From: Candidatus Poribacteria bacterium
GTDB lineage: Bacteria; Poribacteria; WGA-4E; WGA-3G
Assembly (NCBI GenBank): GCA_965242965.1
Contig: OZ251518.1
Coordinates: forward strand, 896,001-960,000
Direction: 5' to 3'
DNA length: 64,000 nt
This document shows, in pieces, positions 59,901 through 64,000 of the stretch. The notes beneath the pieces are model-generated. The model saw only the letters and a program-made list of their open reading frames with translations, was not told the origin of the DNA and ran no database searches. The stretch's first letter is position 1; the number at the start of each line of letters is the position of its first letter. The translations under genes were made by a program, and so were the position numbers.

Positions 59901-60616
59901 GGCATCATCCGGCGAATAGCACCGCCAACCCTATTGTCGCCGATGTTGACAGCAATGGCGCGAATGAATTGCTGTTTAACAGTGATGGTAGGTTGTCTGT
60001 TTTTGCGCAGGACTCGGAAGCGGAAAAGGCTGTTGAAATCGCGCAAGGAACGTTGTCTGCACCGCCGCGGTTAACTTCCGCCACCTATTCCCCACCGAAT
60101 CAACTGCTGCTGGATTTTGACAAACCGATGGGCACCTCTGCAACGCAGGTTGGCAGATACCAACTTCTGCATCTGGATGCTGCAGCTGCTGACGCACCGC
60201 AATCTGCAATCCTCGACAGGACGCAGCAGCGAGTTGTGCTGACGTTCCCTCCCGCCACTTTTCAATCAGGGAGCCGTTATCAACTTGAAACCTTTCAGAT
60301 TACCGACATCCACGGCACCCCCATCGCCGAGGATGCGAGGACGCTCACCGTGGTTTTCGCCGTTCCGACGCTAGCAGACGCGATTGTCTACCCTAATCCT
60401 AGCCGGTGCAACCAGGTTACGTTTGCGAATCTGCCTGCAGCCACGCGCATCAGCATCTACGATGTCATCGGTAACCGCGTCGCCTTCCTCACCACGACGG
60501 CATTTGACGCGGGCAAAAAGAGCTGGTATGTTGCGGGTATCAGCAGCGGCGTTTATATCTATCTACTTGAGACAGATACAGAACAGCGTATCGGCAAAGT
60601 CTCCATCGTCCGTTAG
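56963..60616 (+). CDS. Secreted S8 subtilase with FG-GAP/VCBS repeats and a T9SS type-A-like C-terminal domain
   Basis: Signal peptide from ATG 56963; VAVVDSG, HGTHVAG, GTSMAAAH triad; DxDGDG repeats; VYPNP...IYDVIGNRV...SGVYIY...KVSIVR. Confidence 0.88.
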   Translation: MKQSHVTLLAILFFIVTQNGWTELTVHTPSPSDITGHYAPAELLVRVRAETDMGKLYGTGVASVTPVFSPDTRAGKHPLLRRSYLVRFHPVDAPTLSRLEQLRERYENYPWVEAVQFNRLNRFCAVSDEEVVPTEPRYEEQWNLRALNLPKAWAVEQGTPEVIVAVVDSGIDSQHPELRSQLWQNPNEIAGNGVDDDRNGYVDDINGWDFSDAPTMPGRGDWTERDNSPDDESGHGTHVAGIIAAEPNNGIGIAGIAWGCRLMPLRAGFISGGGAFLQSDDVAAAIVYAADNGAHVINLSLGDTVNVFVVQDAVAYAYQRGCVLVAAAGNDATAGSYYPAALDTVVSVAAMGENGRLSGISNFGATIDIAAPGDNILSTDLDGQFQVKFGTSMAAAHISGVVALMLSANPACSNAEIRQTLTASSLVPENVLVGAGVPDTHLALTASTGLVAQLAVTYRMPVIAIYGSAGGANFAEYQLDFGRGETPDAWGPVLPPRTEPKFNALLHEWDVSGLADDTYTLRLRVIPDKRGYVSQNPKLKQRVTAEQRRPVTEKIVVEISNKAPTFSKHDASAWFAGDKVEPVITWQTEALTIGEVEIFSLGARAPLRIARTDSVNHRHLVYLSELGLPSSAFAYRLIAKNRSDVQTVDDNAGNLYRIESIDARIPTSRLTQIASAERSLHAIFAAADMNGNGKQELIAVETEASGWFSPHLFETDADGTYRQVFTLSEPMRPWDAADTDGDGLIDILGHALSGTFLLEQPAPGEFPSVRTWEAPALWGGTIADLDRDGTPEIFSRDAAASAIAVYEAIGNNSYRNIAMLENPTDGDNSMSTSFATGDFDGDGRMEILAGDADGALFIYEAIGDNRYESVWQSTLPEGRPQLFAAGELNGDGSAEFAVGAKMWTEDSDPGRYHWLITIFSETGDNAYRAVWHQRIRNARDGGNGLTIADADNDGRNELCIAVSPNFYLVQYDGSDYVPVWHHPANSTANPIVADVDSNGANELLFNSDGRLSVFAQDSEAEKAVEIAQGTLSAPPRLTSATYSPPNQLLLDFDKPMGTSATQVGRYQLLHLDAAAADAPQSAILDRTQQRVVLTFPPATFQSGSRYQLETFQITDIHGTPIAEDARTLTVVFAVPTLADAIVYPNPSRCNQVTFANLPAATRISIYDVIGNRVAFLTTTAFDAGKKSWYVAGISSGVYIYLLETDTEQRIGKVSIVR

Positions 60617-60629
60617 TTTTTTTTGATAG

Positions 60630-60875
60630 GTAGGCGCGTCTCCTTAGGGAGCGGGTGCTCCCGAACTACAGTCACTATCGGGACAAGGACGCCCCTCCTA
60701 CCTGTCTCGATTTCTCTTCGGTAGGCGAGACCTCCTGGTCTCGATGCAACACCGTATCGGGACAAGGATGTCCCTCCTACCTGTCTCGATTTTTCTTCAG
60801 TAGGAGAGACCTCCTGGTCTCGATGCATTTTGTTGATGTGGTGTATCGGGACAAGGATGTCCCTCCTACCTGTCT
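60630..60875. repeat. BIME-like alternating array of two REP families
   Basis: CGGGACAAGGAYGYCCCTCCTAC x3 alternating with GTAGGMGAGACCTCCTGGTCTCGAT x2. Confidence 0.9.
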
Positions 60876-60908
60876 TGATGCCTTCTAAAAAAACATCCCT
60901 CACGCTGC

Positions 60909-62873
60909 CTACGAACGGAAATTAAGATGCACAAACGCCGGTTCCAACTTCAACACATTCCGAATTGCTTCCAACGCCTTCGTCCGTTCGTTCGCCTTCA
61001 AAGCAACCAGGGCGAGGTGATAGTGCGCGTTGACATAATCACGCTGCAGACGAATGGCGCGGGATAGCGTGTTCATTGCGCGTTGCGTATGTCCGCGTTT
61101 TGCCAAGATCGAACCGAGTGTTGCGTGATACGCTGCGACATCTGGGTTGAGCGTCACCGCCTTGGCTGCCAATGCCTCGGCGAACCGCAGTTTCTGGCAG
61201 TACCGGCTGGCATTATCCGCAACGCTTTCGGAGCCGTGCAATGAATGCGTCGCTGCTGCTGCCATGGCGCGCACGGAAACCTCCGAGAGATTTGCGTAGA
61301 GTTGCGCGAGGTGATGATATGCCTGTCCATCGTTCGGGGTCAGCGCGATGGCTTGCGTGAATGCGGCTTGCGCATCCTTGGCGCGCCCTAACTTCAGGTA
61401 TGCCGTGCCGAGTCCGTTATAGGTTCTATAATCGGGCTGCCAAGGTTCTTGCACCGCTGCCTGGGCGAGAAACGGGGAGCGAGTATTCTGGGGTTGCGCC
61501 GCAATGAAGATTTCATACGCCGATGCAGCGAGCGCGTACTGGTTCTCCTTGAGATAGGCAGTGCCGAGTTTCTTGTAGAATTCAAGTGGCACCGGACCGA
61601 GGCGGCGGCCGAGTTCATACGAGTTAATCGCTTGCCGATAATAGCCTTCTTGCATGTAGAAATCGCCTTCGGCGAGGGAGCGTTTCACCTGGTCCGGTGC
61701 TTCCGTGACAGAGATGCCCATCCGAGTGAGTTGACTTATCTCCGTGCCACTTCTGCCTTGGAATCGGATAAGGCCAAGCGTTACTGCAATGAGGGTGCAC
61801 CACAGCAAGAGATAGGCTCGCGTGCGCGATACCCACTTTTTGGAGAGGTAGGCACTTGGATGCAACAGGAGTGCGAAGACATTTGGGCGCGGCGGTTCCG
61901 GCGGCGTGTCATCCCCTATCGTGCTGTGCCAAACCGCAGGTGCGCTCGGTGCCAACACCGGCAACGTCACAGGTTGTCCGACGATGCGCGATGCGCGTGA
62001 GATGGATTCCGAGAGATTTTCTAATTCTGCACTTTCTTCCAATTCTTCCAATGCGTTTTCTGTCTCTTTTTCCAATGCGTCTTCTGCATCTTCTTCCGAT
62101 TCGTCCAAAGTGTCACTCTCTGTCTCGGCTAGCACCGGTTCATCGGACAGACTCTCAACCCATTCCTCATAAAGATAACCCTCGGTAGTCGTCGGCGTAG
62201 TCTTTTCGGCAGGTTCTGCTGTGTGCGCTTCCTGAACGATTTCCTCTGGTTGCTGTTCGTCCACCGGCGAATCGGCATGCCGCTCCGTTGTTTCTGGCAC
62301 TTCTTGAGCGGTTTCGTCTGCAGTCTCAAAATCAAGTTCCGGTAACTCGGTATCGGTGTCCGGCGCAAACACCATCTCAACATATTCAGAGGTATCCTCT
62401 TCTTCAAGGGGTTCTGTTTTCTCTGTGTGAGGCTCCTGCGTTCTTTCCGATGGTTCTATCTCCGGAGACGTAGGTTCTCCCTCCGGAAAGCGCGCCTCAA
62501 GCCGTGCGATGCTCTTCGATGCCTCCATCCGTGTGAGCAGTGAATCCACGTTCTGGAACGCTTGCAGTGCCGGGAGCACACGCGGCGTGCCGAGTTCCGC
62601 CAATGCCTCCATCATCGCCCAAGCCGTTAAGTCGTTCGGCTCCCTTTCCAACGCGTGGCGGAGTGGTTCGGTGGCAGTAGTGGCGTTCAGCTGCTGGAGT
62701 GCTTTCGTCGCCTCGCGCCGCACCGTCGAATCGGTGTCCGCGAGCGCATCAACGAAAAACGGCACCACCTTCGCATCGCCTTGCGCGACGAGATTTGCAA
62801 TAGCCGTCCGGCGCACACCACTCGGCTGCGTCGCATCTGTTAACTGTTGGATGTGTTGCTCAAAAGATGACAT
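60909..62873 (-). CDS. HEAT-repeat / acidic linker / TM / TPR protein
   Basis: N-terminal VRREATKAL HEAT repeats, Glu-rich linker, one TM helix, C-terminal TPRs (YNGLGTAYLKLG, YHATLGSILAKRG). Confidence 0.78.
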   Translation of the reverse strand: MSSFEQHIQQLTDATQPSGVRRTAIANLVAQGDAKVVPFFVDALADTDSTVRREATKALQQLNATTATEPLRHALEREPNDLTAWAMMEALAELGTPRVLPALQAFQNVDSLLTRMEASKSIARLEARFPEGEPTSPEIEPSERTQEPHTEKTEPLEEEDTSEYVEMVFAPDTDTELPELDFETADETAQEVPETTERHADSPVDEQQPEEIVQEAHTAEPAEKTTPTTTEGYLYEEWVESLSDEPVLAETESDTLDESEEDAEDALEKETENALEELEESAELENLSESISRASRIVGQPVTLPVLAPSAPAVWHSTIGDDTPPEPPRPNVFALLLHPSAYLSKKWVSRTRAYLLLWCTLIAVTLGLIRFQGRSGTEISQLTRMGISVTEAPDQVKRSLAEGDFYMQEGYYRQAINSYELGRRLGPVPLEFYKKLGTAYLKENQYALAASAYEIFIAAQPQNTRSPFLAQAAVQEPWQPDYRTYNGLGTAYLKLGRAKDAQAAFTQAIALTPNDGQAYHHLAQLYANLSEVSVRAMAAAATHSLHGSESVADNASRYCQKLRFAEALAAKAVTLNPDVAAYHATLGSILAKRGHTQRAMNTLSRAIRLQRDYVNAHYHLALVALKANERTKALEAIRNVLKLEPAFVHLNFRS

Positions 62874-63005
62874 TTTTGTATTTCGTAGTGCGTTATGAAA
62901 AACAGAATTGCTTTAAGGGCTATCGGGGGCTATCGGTTTGTGCTTCCGAGAGATGGCAAACCAATTAACAAAACGCAATTATCCCACGAAACGATACAAT
63001 TTTTC

Positions 63006-63034
63006 TTGACATTTGCACGCGAATGCTTTATTAT
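63006..63034 (+). promoter_or_regulatory. sigma70-type promoter
   Basis: TTGACA, 17 nt, TATTAT. Confidence 0.55.
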
Positions 63035-63116
63035 CTAATAAAATAGACGCAAATGCCAGAATTCCCCACAGGATTTGTTCGGCATCATAAACACATTAGC
63101 GCATAGGAGAAATTTT

Positions 63117-64000
63117 ATGAAAAACACGACACTCTTCGTCGCGATTTTCGTGGCACTGGCATGGCTGCCGATGCATGCCATGCCAAGCGGCGGCACCCTC
63201 ATTTTCGGGCGTGGCGGCGATTCCATCGGGCTGGACCCGGGACACGAAATGGACGGCGAATCCTTCAAAGTCTGCGACAATATTTACGATACCCTCGTCC
63301 AATACAAAACTGAAAATACTGAACTGGAGCCCGGCCTCGCCGAATCATGGGAAAGCACCGAGGACGGGCTCACCTGGAGGTTTCACCTCCGGCGCGGTGT
63401 GACGTTCCACGATGGCACGCCTTTCAACGCCGATGCCGTCCTCTTCTCGCTCAACCGCCAGCACGATGCAACGCATCCGTATCATAACGTCGGCGGAATC
63501 TACGGCTATTGGATTGAAACCGGTTTGGCGGAGTTGGTGGATACAATCACCGCGCCGGATGAATTCACGGTGGAAATTCGGATTAAAAAACCTTACGCGC
63601 CGTTTATCTACACGATGGCGATGACACCTTTTGCCATTGTTAGCCCGACGGCGGCGCAGAAATGGGGCGACGATTTTACCAACCACCCTGTCGGCACCGG
63701 CCCGTTTCAGTTTGCGCGATGGGACAGGAACGATAAAATCGTGCTTACCGCGAACGATGACTATTGGAATGGGCGGCCGCAATTAGATAGGCTCATTTTT
63801 CGCGCCATTCCTGATAACGCCGTTCGGTTCATCAAACTCCAGAACGGCAGTCTGCACGCGATGCAGTTTCCGAACCCCGATGATCTGGTGCAAATCCGCG
63901 ATGATGATACGCTTGAGCTCATCGCAAAACCGGGCATGAGCGTCGGGTATCTGGCGATGAACATGGATAAGCCGCCGTTTGACAACCTCAAGGTGCGGCT
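63117..64000 (+). CDS. ABC transporter family-5 substrate-binding protein (DppA-like), runs off the window
   Basis: Translated by hand: MKNTTLFVAIF...GGTLIFGRGGDSIGLDP...IYDTLV...PGLAESW...F.LR.GVTFHDGTPFNADAV...PVGTGPF; AGGAG RBS. Confidence 0.9.
   Translation, partial: MKNTTLFVAIFVALAWLPMHAMPSGGTLIFGRGGDSIGLDPGHEMDGESFKVCDNIYDTLVQYKTENTELEPGLAESWESTEDGLTWRFHLRRGVTFHDGTPFNADAVLFSLNRQHDATHPYHNVGGIYGYWIETGLAELVDTITAPDEFTVEIRIKKPYAPFIYTMAMTPFAIVSPTAAQKWGDDFTNHPVGTGPFQFARWDRNDKIVLTANDDYWNGRPQLDRLIFRAIPDNAVRFIKLQNGSLHAMQFPNPDDLVQIRDDDTLELIAKPGMSVGYLAMNMDKPPFDNLKVR

Overview
Bacterial chromosomal window, probably from Candidatus Poribacteria or a close relative. This is an inference from the LamG and LRR/lamin-tail surface proteins ending in a 'KL(A/T)xxWxxLK' motif, plus a sulfatase, a PhyH dioxygenase and a T9SS-like C-terminal domain. 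There are about 40 genes, mostly catabolic or housekeeping (SDR, Fe-ADH, 2-hydroxyacid dehydrogenase, hydantoinase A, sulfatase, enolase-superfamily dehydratase, lysA, citramalate synthase, mtnA, CoA transferase, ferredoxin, DppA-like binding protein). Most long intergenic gaps (about 24) are filled with mosaics of several GTAG-footed REP/REPIN-like hairpin families, some bracketed by a GAGGGTGTTTCATA inverted repeat; no transposase is present. Three candidate defence loci stand out. The first is a large helical protein with an N-terminal HEPN-like motif, followed by an HNH-PIN double-nuclease fusion (4619-8944). The second is an island with a RelE-type toxin-antitoxin (TA) pair, small proteins, a translationally coupled ParA-like ATPase + HEPN pair and an orphan AAA_21 ATPase (27830-33703). 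The third is a type IIG-like restriction-modification gene split by a G9 tract that lies between two 32-bp direct repeats (53515-56572). Other notable items are a cold-shock + tandem Sm/Hfq-like fusion, a multi-block 5' leader shared by two unrelated genes, several apparently leaderless genes and an internally deleted acetolactate synthase pseudogene. No rRNA, tRNA or CRISPR array was seen. All family calls come from reading motifs by eye; no database searches were run.
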